A stretch of DNA of 64,000 nt. Source: the human T2T-CHM13v2.0 reference genome, Homo sapiens. Shown one piece after another: positions 1 through 12,077 of the stretch. Each line of letters begins with the position of its first letter. Position 1 is the first letter of the stretch. The translations under genes and the position numbers were made by a program. Under the pieces are notes generated by a model. It saw only the letters and a list, made by a program, of their open reading frames with translations. It did not search any database and was not told the origin of the DNA. Location: NCBI RefSeq assembly GCF_009914755.1, contig NC_060927.1; one strand, 5' to 3'.

Positions 1-890
1 AGGGGTGTTGAATTTTATCAAATGCTGTTTCTACATCTACATCTATAATCATATAGTTTTGTCCTTCATTCTATTGATGTGATGTATCATATTTATTAAT
101 TTTCATATGTTGGACCAACTTTGCATTCTTGGGATAAATTCTACTTGACCATGGTGTACTATTTTCTTGATGTATTGTTGGATTAATTTTGCTAGTATAC
201 ATGCAGGTTTTTCATGTATGTTCCTCAAGGATATTGGCCTCTAGTTTTCTTCTCTTGTGTCCTTGGGTTTGGTATCAGGATTATGTTGGCCTCACAGAAT
301 GAAGCATTCCCTCTGCTTCAAATTTTTGGAAGAGTTTGAGAATAGTTTGTGTTAATTGTACTTTATAGGTTGGACAGAATTCAGTGGTAAAGCCATCCCT
401 TTCCTGGACTTTTCTTGGTTGGGAGATTTTTAATGAATGAGTCAATCTTGTTACTTATTATTGGTCTGTTTGGGATTTTTATTTCTTCTTGGTTCAATAT
501 TGGCAGGTTGTATATGTTCAGAAATTTATTTTTTTCTCTAGGTTTTAAAATTTATTGGCATATAGTTGCTCATAGTAGTCTCTAATGATCCTCTATTTCT
601 GTGGTATCTGTTGTGGCATCTCTTTTTTTGTTTTTGATTTTATTTATTTGGGTCTTCTTTCTCTTTTTTTAGTTAATCTAGTTCACAGCCTGTCAATTTT
701 GTATATCTTAAAAAACAACTTTTTGTTTACTTGATCTTTTGTATTGTTTTTCTAGTCTCAATTGTGTATATTCCTGCTCTAATCTTTATTATTATTATTT
801 TTGTGCTCATTTTGGGTTTGTTTTTGGTCTTGCTTTTCTAGTTCCTCAAGATGCACCATTAGGTTGTTTATTTCAATTTTTCTAATTATT
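1..890 (-). mobile_element. Old L1M (L1MA-type) ORF2 segment, host of the L1PA15/16 insertion; runs off the window start
   Basis: T-rich antisense L1 ORF2 sequence. It breaks at 'aggttgtttatttcaatttttcta' and resumes in register at ~7997 'tttttctagtttttgatttagccatttcttgctataaac'. Confidence 0.85.
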
Positions 891-1820
891 TATTTATTTT
901 TATAATTTCAACTTTTACTTTAGATTCAAGGGGTACATGTGCAGGTTTGTGACCTGAATAAACTGTGTGATGGTTTGGGGTATGACTGATGTTGTCACCC
1001 AGGTACTGGATATAGTAACCAATAGTTAGTTTTTCAACCCTTGCCGGCTTGCTTCTATTCCTCCTCCTTTTAGAAGTCCTCAGGGTCTACTGTTGCCATC
1101 TTTATGTCCATAAGTACCCAATGCTTAGCTCCCACTAATAAGTGAGAATGTGTGGTATTTGGTTTTCTGTTCCTGTGTCAATTTGCTTAGGATAATGACT
1201 CCCAGCTACATCCATGTTGCTGCAAAGGACATGCTTTTATTCCTTTTTATGGCTGCATACTATTGCATAGTGCATATATACCACATTTTCTTTATCCAGT
1301 CCTCCTTTGATAGATACCTAGGCTGATTCCACATCTTTGCTATTGTGAATAACACTGCAATGAACATATGGGTGCCTTTTTATAAAACAATTTATTTTAT
1401 TTGGATATATACCCAGTAATAGATTCCTGGTTGAATGGTAGTTCTATTTTAAGTTCCTTGAGAAATCTCCAAATTGCTATCCACAGTGGCTGAACTAATT
1501 TGCAGTCCTACCAACAGTATGTGAGTATTCCCTCTTCTCTGCAGCCTCTGCATCTGGTGCTTTTTGGTTTCTCACTGTGGTTCGATTTGCTTCTCTGATG
1601 ATTAGTGAGATGGAGCATTTTTTCATATGTTTATTGGCCACTTGTATGTCTTCTTTTGAGAAGTGTCTGTTCAAGTCTTTTGCCCATTTTTTAATGGGTA
1701 GTTATTTATTTTTTGCCTGTTCAATTGTTCAAGTTCCTTATAGAGTCTGGATATTAAATCTTTGTTGGATTTTGCGAATATTTTCTTCCATTCTGTAGGT
1801 TGTCTGTTTACTCCCCCCCC

Positions 1821-1951
1821 TTTTTTTTTTTTTAAGAGATGAGGACTCCCTATGTTGCCTTGAGTTGTCTTGAACTCCTGGGCTCAAGCCATACTCCTGC
1901 CTTGGCCTCCCAAAGTGCTGGGATTACAGGAGTGAGCCACCAAGCTCAGCC
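1821..1951 (-). mobile_element. Free left Alu monomer (FLAM_C-like) inside the L1
   Basis: Poly-T followed by a single ~120-bp monomer 'gaactcctgggctcaag...cccaaagtgctgggattacagg'. No second arm. Confidence 0.85.
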
Positions 1952-3039
1952 TGATAGTTTCTTTTGCTGTGCAGAAGCTCTTTAATTTAACTGGGTCCCA
2001 TTTGTCAATTTTCGTTTTTGTTGCAATTACTTTTGAGGACCTAGGCCAAAATTCTTCCCAAGGCCAATGTCCAGAAAAGCATTTCATAGTTTTTCTTCTA
2101 GGATTCTTATAGTTTGAGGTCTTATATTTAAGTCTTTAATCCATCTTCAGTTAATTTTTGTATATGGTGAAAGATAGGGATCCAATTTAATTCTTTTCCA
2201 TATGGCTGGCCAGCTAGTCCAGCAGCATTTATTGAGTAGGAAATCCATTCCCTATTGCTTATTTTTGTCAACTTTGTCAAAGATCAGATGGCCATAGGTG
2301 TGCAGCTTTATTTTGGGTTCTCTATTCTGTTCCATTAGTCAATGTATCTAGTTTTGTACCAGTACCCTGCTATTTTAGTAACTGTAGTTTTGTAGAATAG
2401 TTTGAGGTTAGTTAATGTGATGCCTCTAGCTTTGTTCTTTTTGCCTTGGATTGCTTTGGCTACTCAGGCTTTTTCTGGGTTCCATATAAATTTTAGAAGT
2501 TTTTTTCTAGTTTTTTGAATAATGATATTGATAGCTTGAAAGGAATAGCCTTGAATCTGTAAATTTTTTTGGTCAATATGGCCATTTTAACAATATTGAT
2601 TCTTTTATTCCATGAGCATGGAATGCTTTTTCATTTCTTTGTGCCATCTATGATATTGTTCAGTAATGTTTTGTAGTTCTCCCTGTAGAGATCTTTCACC
2701 TTCTTGGTTAGAGGTATTTCTAGTTTGCTTGTTTGCAGATATCATAAATGTGATTGTGTTATTGATTTGGCTCTCAGGACATTATTGGTATATATTAATG
2801 CTACCGATTTTTGCACATGGATTTTGTATCCTGAAACCTTACTGAAGTTGTTTTTCAGTTCCAGGAGCCTTTTGGCAGAGTCTTTATAGTTACCTAGGTA
2901 TAGAATCATATTGTCCATGAAGAGACAGAGTTTGGCTTTTTTTCCTATTTGGATGCTTTTATTTCTTTGGCTTGCCTGACTGCTCCATCAAGGACTTCCA
3001 GCCCTACATTGAATAGGAGTGTGAGAGCGAGTAATCACT

Positions 3040-3130
3040 GTCTCCCTTCCAAGTACTAACCAGGCCCGACCCTGCTTAGCTTCCGAGATCAGACGAGATC
3101 GGGCGCGTTCAGGGTGGTATGGCCGTAGAC
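3040..3130 (-). pseudogene. RNA5SP: 5S rRNA retropseudogene, nt 1-91, 3'-truncated and tailless
   Basis: Reverse complement reads GTCTACGGCCATACCACCCTGAACGCGCCCGATCTC...GTTAGTACTTGGAAGGGAGAC, which is mammalian 5S nt 1-91 with one mismatch (T84A). TSD agtaatcactgtct 3030-3043 / agcaatcactgtct 3131-3144. Confidence 0.97.
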
Positions 3131-6100
3131 AGCAATCACTGTCTAATTCCATTTCTCAAGGAGAGTGCTTCCAATTTTTGCCTGTTTGGTATAATGTTGG
3201 CAGTGGGTTTGTAATAGATGGCTCTTTTGTTTTTTAGGTATGTTCCTTCAATGCCTAGTTTGTTAAACGTTTTTACTATGAAGAGATGAGATATTGGATG
3301 CTATCAAAAGCTTTTTCTGCATCTATTGAAATGATTGTATGGTTTTTGTTTTTAATCCTGTTTATGTGGTTGGTGAATCACATCTATTGATTTGTATATG
3401 TTGAACCAACCTTGCATCTCAGAAATGAAGCCTACTTGATCATGGTGAATTAAGTTTTTGATGTGCTGTTGGGTTTGGTTTGCTATTATTTTTTGAGGAT
3501 TTTTGCATCTATATTCATTGGGGATATTGGTCTGAAGTTTTCTTTTTTTGTTGTGTCTTTGTGATATTTTGGTATCAGGGTAATGCTGGCTTTGTACAAT
3601 GAGTTAGGGAGGAGTCCCTCCATTTTTGATTTTTTGAAATACTGTTAGTAGGATTGGTACCAGCTTTTCTTTGTACATCTGGTAGAATTCAGCTATGAAT
3701 CCATCTAATCTGAGCTTTTTTTTGGTAAGTTTTTTATTTCTGATTCAATTTTGGAACTTGATATTGGTCTGGTCAGGGTTTTAATTTCTTCATGATTCAA
3801 TTTTGGGAGATTGTGTTTCTAGGAATTCATCCATTTCCTCTAGATTTTCTAGTTTGTGTGCATAGAAGTGTTCATAATCATCTCTGAGTATCTTTTGTGT
3901 TTCTGTGGGGTCAGTTGTAATGTCACCTTTGTCATTTCTGAGTGTGCTTATTTGCATTGTCTCTCTCTCTTTCTGTCTCTCTCTGTTAATCTAGCTAGTG
4001 GTTTATTGATCTTGTTTATTCTTTTAAAGAACCAATTTTTTGTTTTGTTGATTCTTTGCATGTTCTTGTTTTTCTAGTTCCTCCAGGTGTGACATGAGAT
4101 CATTAATTTGAGAACTTCCTAACTTTTTGAGGTAGGTATTTAGTATTATAAACTTTCCTCTTAACACTACTTTTGCTGCATCCCAGAGACTTTGGTACGT
4201 CTCTGTTTTCATTTATTTCAAGTAATTTTTAAATTTATGCCTTAATTTTATTGTTTACTAAAATCATTCAGGAGCAAATTGTTTAATTTCCATGTAATTG
4301 TGTGGTTTTGAGAGATCTTGTGTTGATTTCTATTTTTATTCCACTGTGGTCTGAGAGAGTGGTTGGTATAACTCAGGTTTTAAAAAATGTATTGCAGTTT
4401 GCTTTGTGGTCGAACGGTTGATCAATCTTGAAGTATGTTCTATGTGCCAATGAGAAGAACGTATATTCTGAGGTTGATGACTGGAATATTCTGTAGGTAT
4501 CTGTTAGGTTCAATTGGTCAAGTGTTGAATTTAAGTCTGTAATTTCTTTGGTAGTTTTCTGCCTTTATGATCTGTTTAATAATGTCAGTGGGGTATTGAA
4601 TTTCCCCACTATTATTGTGTGGCTATCTACATTTTTTTCACAGGTCTAAGAGTACTTGTTTTATGAATTTGGGTGCTCCAATGTTGGATGTGTATATATT
4701 TAGAACAGTTAAGTCTTCCTCTGAATTGAATCCTTTGTTCTTATGTAATGTGCTTACGTGCTTGCTTTATTTATTTATTTATTTTACTGTTGTTTAAAGT
4801 GTATTTTATCTGGTAAAGGGATAGCAGTCCCAGCTCTTTTTTGTGTTCCATTTTCATGATAGATTTTTCTCCAGTCCTTTACTTTGAGCCTATGGGTGTC
4901 ACTACATGTGAGATGGACAGATGGACTTTTTTTTTTAATCAAACTTGCCACTTTGTCCCTTTCAAGTGGGCTGTTTAGACATTCAAGGTTAATTACATTC
5001 AAGGTTAATATTGATATGTTAGGTTTTGACCATTTCATGGAGTTGTTAGCGAGTTGCTTTAGAGTTTTTATCACGTGATTGCTTTACAGGGTGTGTGGGC
5101 AATGTATTTAAGAGTGTTTTTGTGGTAGCAGGTATTATTTTTTGGTTTCCATGTTTAGAACTCTCCCAAGGATCTCTTATATGGTTGGTCTAGTGGTAAT
5201 AAATTTCCTTAGCACTTGGCTTGTCTGAAAAATATTTTATTTTTCCTTTGCTTATGAAGCTTAGTTTGGTGGGATATGAAATTCTTGGTTGGATTTTTTT
5301 TTCTTTAAGAATGCTGAAAATAGGCCCCCAATCTCTCCTGGCGTATGAAGTTTCTGCTGAAAAGACTGCTGTTAGCCTGAATGGGTTCCCTTTGTACATG
5401 ATCTGACCATTTTCTCTTACTGCCTTTAAGATTTTTTTTCTTTAGTGCTGACCTTGGATAGTCTGATGACTGTATGCCTAGATGATGTTTGTTTTCTATA
5501 GTATCTTGCAGGTGTCCTCTGGATTTCTTGTATCTAGATGTCTGTCTCTCCAATAAGATTAGGACATTTTGTTGAATTATGTCATCAAATATGTTTTCCA
5601 GGTTGCTTGATTTTTCTCTAGCTCCTTCAGGAATGCCAATAATTCACAGGTTTAGTCAATTTACATAATCTCTTATTTCTCAAAGACTTTGTTCATTTTT
5701 AAAAAATTTTTTGTTTTTGACTGTATTAGTTCAAAAGACCAATCCTCAAGCTCTGAAATTCTTTCTTCTACTTAGTGCAGTCTATTGTATTTTGAAATTC
5801 ATTAAGTGAGTTTTGTAATTCCAGGAGCTCTGATTTTTTAACATGTTTATCTCTTCCTTCATTTCCTGGATTGCTTTAGAAGTTTCTATGTTTTTATTTT
5901 TAACCTGGTCTTGGATCTTACTGAGTTTCCTTGCAATCCATGCTCTGAACTCTTTATCTGCCATTTCTGAGTTTCTTTTTTAGGGACCACTGCTAGAAAG
6001 TTAGGATGTCCCTTTGGTGGTGTCACTACATCCAGATTTTCCAAGGTGCCAGAATTCTTGAGCTGGCCCTTTCTCATCTGGGTAGGCTGGCACTTTTAAT

Positions 6101-6639
6101 CTTTGTAATTATTTTTGTGTGCGTAGGATTGTTTCTTTTACTTTCTTTCCCTATAATGTTATTGCTCTCTTGTTCTTTCCCTTTCCCTTATCCGTTCTCC
6201 TTAGATAGTGTGACTATAGAAAATGCTGGGTGGGGTCTTTTGGTTTTGCTTCTGTAATTCTAGGCACTTCTGTTGGCAGGCTTTATATTGTGCTGTGCTG
6301 TTTGATGGTTAAGAGCTGGCTATGGCCAATGCAGCTGGGTATATACTTGATCCTTGTTTGCTGGGAGAAGTTCTCTGTTGCCTGAGGCAATGGGCTGATT
6401 TATCAAGTGCACAGTGGCTTGAGCTCTCACTTCAGCCCAGGAAGGCAGGGGTTAGATGGGCAGTGCCAGACTGGGCACATCTGCCTACAGGTTTCCTGAT
6501 AGTCACTGCCAGCACTAAGGGAAAATCCAGTTGGCAGTCACCAAGTGGCCAGTGATGTGCCTAGGTGTGGAGCTGGAAAACTTCTTCAATCCCAAGTTAT
6601 CTGCATGGGGATAGGAGGCAGCTTAAACTCCTAATCCAG

Positions 6640-7250
6640 GAGAATGGGTGTTCTAGATGCCTGGAGATCTGCCTGGGTGTGGAGTGGAAAGGGCCTTCCT
6701 GCACTGAAAACTTTGCATATGAATGGTGGGGCAACAGAACCAAGCACTCAAGGCTGCTGAACCAAGGAGAGGTGCCTGACCATGAAGTAGAGACTCTCTG
6801 GACCCAGATCTCTGCACAGGAAGGGTGGGATGGCTCAAGCTGCCAATTTGGGTGAGCAGGTGCTATGATTTCCTGGAGATGTGCCTGGGCTTGGAGCAAA
6901 GAGAGGCCCCCTGCACCAAGATCTCTGCACAGAAGGGGTGGGGTGACTCAGGCTGCTAAACCAGGAAAGCAGGTGCTTTGAATGACTAGAGATCTGCCTG
7001 GGTATGAAGCAGAGAGGGACCTCCTCCTGCACAGGAAGAGTGGGGCAACTCAGGCTGCTGGTCCATGCTAGCAGGTGCTCCAAATGCCTAGAGATCTGCC
7101 TATGTTTGGGGTAGAGAGTGCCCCCATTCTACCACAGTCTATGCACAGGAAGGGTGGGGTGGCTCAGGCTGCTGATCCAGCAAGTGAGTGCTCTGAATTC
7201 CCGAATTTCTTCCTGGAGATGCAGCAGAGAGGTCCTTGCTGTGCCATAAT
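6640..7250. repeat. Degenerate ~100-115 bp tandem repeat (about 6 units) in the L1PA15/16 5'UTR
   Basis: Recurring 'gcaggtgct..aatg.ctagagatctgcctggg...tgcacaggaagggtgggg..actcaggctgct'. Confidence 0.8.
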
Positions 7251-7996
7251 CTTGGAGGAGCAGGCTGGGGCACTTAAAAATGAAACACACAGACTGGCTC
7301 CAGGTCACCACTCTGGCCCTGGCTGCAAGTCTTGTTGCCCAGGAGAAACTGCAGCTGCTGCAGCATCCCTCCCACCCTAGGCTTATAACAGAGGAGAACA
7401 CAATTCTAGCACCTGCTGAAGTGCTTTCCACAGTTCTGGCTGTGGAGGCCCCAATCCCACTCCAGAGGAGACGTTCCAGTCTCTGGCCCAAGATAAAATG
7501 CCTCCCTGGCCATGCTATCAGGTGTCCAAAGAATGGTTGACTTCATATGTGCCTTGATTAAAGATGGTATCCTGCATTCATTTCTGTGTTTGGGAAAGTG
7601 CCTGCAGCTTTTCCTGGTTTATTTCCCTTACAGTGTCTCCAACCCTTTCCCCAAGTTAGCTCTAGAGCTTGGGAAAAACACAATGCTCTGCCTTGGCCTG
7701 GGTTGCTCAGATCTCCAGTGGAAAGTTGGCTCACAGAGGCTCTCTGCCTCTCTTGTATACTGGGAGTTCACACACTCTTATTAGCCAGATGCTGTCATGG
7801 AGGCTGTTTGTCTGTTCTCTTCTCTCTAGGATTTGGGTTATCCTTCATGATTCTGGTGGACTCTTCTTTTCCTTCTTGAATTAAAGCTCACTGAGTTGAT
7901 CTTTATGCACCATTTTGCTATTTCCGAATGGCTGAGGCATGCTAAACACCTCTGATTTACCATCTTGGAAAACCAAACACAAAGCAAAACAAAACC

Positions 7997-10836
7997 TTTT
8001 TCTAGTTTTTGATTTAGCCATTTCTTGCTATAAACTTGTCTTCTGTTACTGCTTTTGTTGTGTCTCATAGGTTGTGGTATGTTGTGTTTCTAGTTTTATT
8101 TCAGAAATTTTAAAATTTAATTTTTAATTTTTTTCTTTACCCTTTTGTCATTCAGGAGCATACTGTTTAATTTCCTTGTATTTGTGTAGTTTCAAATGTT
8201 CCTCTTGTTATTGATGTCTAGTTTTATTCTACTGTGGTCAGATAAGATACTTGATAAGATTTCTATTATTTAAACTTTTTTGAGACTTGTTTTGTGTTCT
8301 AACATATGGTCAATCCTGGAGAATATTCCAGGTTCTTATGAAAAGAATGTGTAATCTGCAGCTGTTGGCTGAAATGTTCTGTGTCTGTTAGATCTATTTA
8401 GTCTATGGTGCAGTTTAAGACTTAAGACTTTCAGAGACACATGCACGTGTAAGTTTACTGAAGCACTGTTCACAATAGCAAAGACTTGGAACCAACCCAA
8501 ATGTCCATCAATGATAGACTGGATTAAGAAAATGTGGCACATATACACCATGGAATACTATGCAGCCATAAAAAAGGATGAGTTCATGTCCTTTGTAGGG
8601 ACATGGATGAAGCTGGAAATGATCATTCTGAGCAAACTATCACAAGGACAGAAAACCAAACACCGAATGTTCTCACTTATAGGTGGGAATTGAACAATGA
8701 GAACACACAGACAACACAGGGTGGGGCACATTACACACCAGGGCCTGTCATGGGGTGGGAGAGTGGGGAGGGATAGCATTAGGAGATATACCTAATGTAA
8801 ATGATGAGTTAATGGGTGCAGCACACCAACATGGCACATGTATATATATGTAACAAACCTGCATGTTGTGCACATGTACCCTGGAACTTAAAGTATAATA
8901 ATAATAATAAAAGATTTTAAGACTTTTTAAGTTTATTTATTTATTTATTTATTTATTTATTATTTGGTCTGCCTGTATTGTTTCAAAAGACCTGTCTTAA
9001 AGTTCAAAGTTATTTCTTTTGCTTGGTCTAGTCTATTATTGAAGATCCTCATTGTATGTTTTTTTTCATTCATTGAGTTCTTTAGCTGTAGGATTTCTGT
9101 TGTTTTTGTTTTTAAGTAATATCTGTCTGTTTGTTTAATTTCTCATTGAGATAATAAATTGTTTTTCTGATTTCATTGAATTGTCTGTTTGGATTCTTTC
9201 CTATGATTATTATTTTGGTTTTTTTTTGCATTTTGTATATTTCCTTATAACTGTGGTTTACTAGTGGAGAATTATTGTTTTCCTCTGGAGGTGTCATGCT
9301 TCCTTGCTTCTTTGTGTTTGATGTGCTTCCGCAATGATTTCTACGCATCTGGTGTAAGAGTCACCTCTTCCAATTTTATGGAGTAAATTTTGTATGGAAA
9401 GACTTATTTATTTAGATGGGTCTTGGGGGTTGATTCAGTGGGGTGCATTGGCTTTCATTCTAGATGGATGTGGTAGTATAATCTACATGTAGTTTTTTTC
9501 AGCTGTAATCCATGCTAGTGATGTTTGTGAGTGTCCTTATGACCTAAGCTGAGAGAGTTTGTGGCAGTGGTTCTGTAGCTTTGACAAGGTTGGGCTTGCT
9601 GGTCTATTTCTAAGGTCATGGACATGTGTTTGCACATAATGGTCAGCCAATTTGGGGTCTGGCTTGCTGTGGTTGGGGCCATAGGGCAGTTACTCTGGTT
9701 GGGGGAATGGATGCCTGGTTGCTTGGCCAGCCTGGGAACATGCCTAACAGAGGAGGCCTATGGGGCTTTCTTATCAGGCCCAGGACATGGGTGTCCAGGT
9801 GCTCAGTTGCTTAGATGTGTGTGCACCAGGAAAAGCCCACAGGGCTGTTTCTCAGGCTCAGGACACATACACTCAGCTGCTTGGTCAGCCTGAGGGTGTG
9901 TATTCCAGGGAAGCCTATGGGGCTGTTTCTTGGGGCCTTTGGACAAGCCAGAGGTTTGTCCATGGGGGTGGAGTGGGTACTGTGTGGCTGTGTCTCATGC
10001 CCTGGGCATGCAAATATAGCTCCTGTGCCAGCCTGGGGGTGCATCAGCTGCTTGGTGGCTCAATACCTCTCCTTCTTGGGGGAGGGCATGCAGTGATTGG
10101 GCTGGTTCAAGGGTAGGTCCGCCATGAGCAGGGCTGCCAGACTGTTCCTTCAGCTAGAAGTAGTGTGGCAGGGATTAGTTTTCCTGCTCTGTAGGGTCAG
10201 AGTCACAACCAATCTTGTGCCTAGGCTCTGCATAGATGGATTGTGATGTTCAGCCACCCATGGGGGCTTGGTTGCATGAAGATGGAGCCCTACTGCTGGA
10301 AAGGTGCAGTGGATACTGGCTCCCAGGGGAAGGTTCACTCCAGAGGTGGTTGTGATCTAAGATTGTGCTAGCTGTAACAGCTTGGCCACAGGTGCTGGAT
10401 GGGATCTGGATGAGTGCACACTTTGTGCTCTTAATCAACGGCAATACAGCTGTGTGAATTCCTGGCAACTCTCTTAACTGGCCTCAGGGATTGTGAGGAC
10501 TGTGGGATTCTTCCATTGTAAGGGCTGTAGGTGTTTGTGGCCACAATGGGGGATGATGGGGATCATCTGCTTACTTTCTCGCTGCATGGGGAGTCTCTCC
10601 TGTCTCTAGAATGATCTGGTTCAGGCCAGGAAGATGGGGTTGCAGAACTATGTGCCTCCATGCTGCCCACCTAGATTTCCAATCGCTACAGATGTGTCTC
10701 CATTCACCTCCCCCAGTGCTCCAATGCTCTTTTCAACAGTGCAGTCAAATCTTAGCTGTTTATCCATTGTCTTGGTTCTCGTTTGGGAGGCAAGTGTCAG
10801 GTGTCTCTAGTCAGTCTTCTTGCTGATGTCACTCCC
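7997..10836 (-). mobile_element. Continuation of host L1M: ORF2 start region, ORF1 N-terminus and 5'UTR (with internal deletion and an L1PA insert)
   Basis: Antisense L1 sequence, then an ORF1-start-like peptide (KKQGSMTPPEENNNSP). GC-richer UTR with ~78-bp repeats at 9700-9960. Ends 'tcttgctgatgtcactccc' (gggagtgacatcagcaaga), an L1MA-type 5' terminus. Confidence 0.8.
8432..8910 (+). mobile_element. 5'-truncated L1PA (L1PA4-6 type) 3' fragment
   Basis: ORF2 C-terminus MIDWIKKMWHIYTMEYYAAIKKDEF...IGGN, 3'UTR, (AAT)n tail. TSD aagacttaagacttt 8417-8431 / aagattttaagacttt 8911-8926. Confidence 0.93.
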
Positions 10837-10849
10837 ATCACTTTCTTAA

Positions 10850-11201
10850 AGAGATAAAAGTTATTGATTTGAAACTGACAAGCACATTTATTCTAAATAA
10901 TAAATCATTAAAGACTTTCCTATGCAAATCTGTAACAAGATGATGTCCATTGTTACCACCATTACTTCATGCTCTTTTTCAAGTGGTAGGAAGTGTAATA
11001 ATGCAGTGAAAAAATGAATAAAAATAATTCTTGGAAGCCATACAACTATTATCATTATTTGCAAATGATATGACTATGTACCTAGAAAACCTAAGTGGCT
11101 CAAGAGGAAACCAACTAGAAGAAATTAGCAACATGTAAAATTCATGTTATAAAATGAATTTTATGAAATTCAGTTTTTCATTTAATTAACAAAAACACAT
11201 T
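10850..11201 (+). mobile_element. Ancient L1ME-type RT fragment (continues ~12094-12550)
   Basis: 'tcattatttgcaaatgatatgactatgtacctagaaaaccta' corresponds to the L1 RT motif SLFADDMIVYLENP, highly diverged. Confidence 0.7.
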
Positions 11202-11217
11202 AGAAAACATAATTTAA

Positions 11218-12077
11218 GTGTCTGACAGACACTTCTCAAAAGAAGACATTTATGCAGCCAAAAAACACATGAAAAAATGCTCACCATCACTGGCCATCAG
11301 AGAAATGCAAATCAAAACCACAGTGAGATATCATCTCACACCAGTTAGAATGGCAATCATTAAAAAGTCAGGAAACAACAGGTGCTGGAGAGGATGTGGA
11401 GAAATAGGAACACTTTTACACTGTTGGTGGGACTGTAAACTAGTTCAACCATTGTGGAAGTCAGTGTGGTGATTCCTCAGGGATCTAGAACTAGAAATAC
11501 CATTTGACCCAGCCATCCCATTACTTGGTATATACCCAAAGGACTATAAATCATGCTGCTATAAAGACACATGCACACGTATGTTTATTGCGGCACTATT
11601 CACAATAGCAAAGACTTGGAACCAACCCGAATGTCCAACAATGATAGACTGGATTAAGAAAATGTGGCACATATACACCATGGAATACTATGCAGCCATA
11701 AAAAAGGATGAGTTCTTGTCCTTTGTAGGGACATGGATGAAATTGGAAATCATCATTCTCAGTAAACTATTGCAAGAACAAAAAACCAAACACTGCATAT
11801 TCTCACTCATAGGTGGGAATTGAACAATGAGAACACATGGACACAGGAAGGGGAACATCACACCCTGGGGACTGTTGTGGGGTCGGGGGAGGGGGGAGGG
11901 ATAGCATTGGGAGATACACCTAATGCTAGATGACGAGTTAGTGGGTGCAGCGCACCAGCATGTCACATGTATACATATGTAACTAACCTGCACATTGTGC
12001 ACATGTACCCTAAAACTTAAAGTATAATAATAAAAATAAAAAATAAAAAAAATAGAGGCAGAACCACTAAAAAAAAA
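11218..12077 (+). mobile_element. Young 5'-truncated L1PA2/3 with 5' fold-back and short 3' transduction
   Basis: Near-consensus ORF2 C-terminus ([20 protein letters not shown]...[18 protein letters not shown]). 3'UTR 'gcattgggaga..gctagatgacgagttagtgggtgcagcgcaccagc'. Perfect 16-bp TSD agaaaacataatttaa at 11202-11217 / 12078-12093. Confidence 0.96.

Larger units (their letters stand above)
891..7996 (-). mobile_element. Near full-length, degenerate L1PA15/16-type LINE-1
   Basis: T-rich tail and 3'UTR 'tagattcaaggggtacatgtgcagg' at ~900-1150. ORF2 remnants ([21 protein letters not shown]; EN start ISILTLNVIN..LNSPL) and ORF1 remnants (YKGNPFRLTA..QPRISYP). GC-richer 5'UTR ends in 'catcttgg' (ccaagatg) at ~7968. 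Degenerate TSD tttttctaattatt 877-890 / tttttctagttttt 7997-8010. Confidence 0.88.

Noticed and set aside
6640-7250. Regularly spaced repeats as a CRISPR-like array
   Set aside because: Whole units are degenerate tandem copies without unique spacers, inside a primate L1 UTR.
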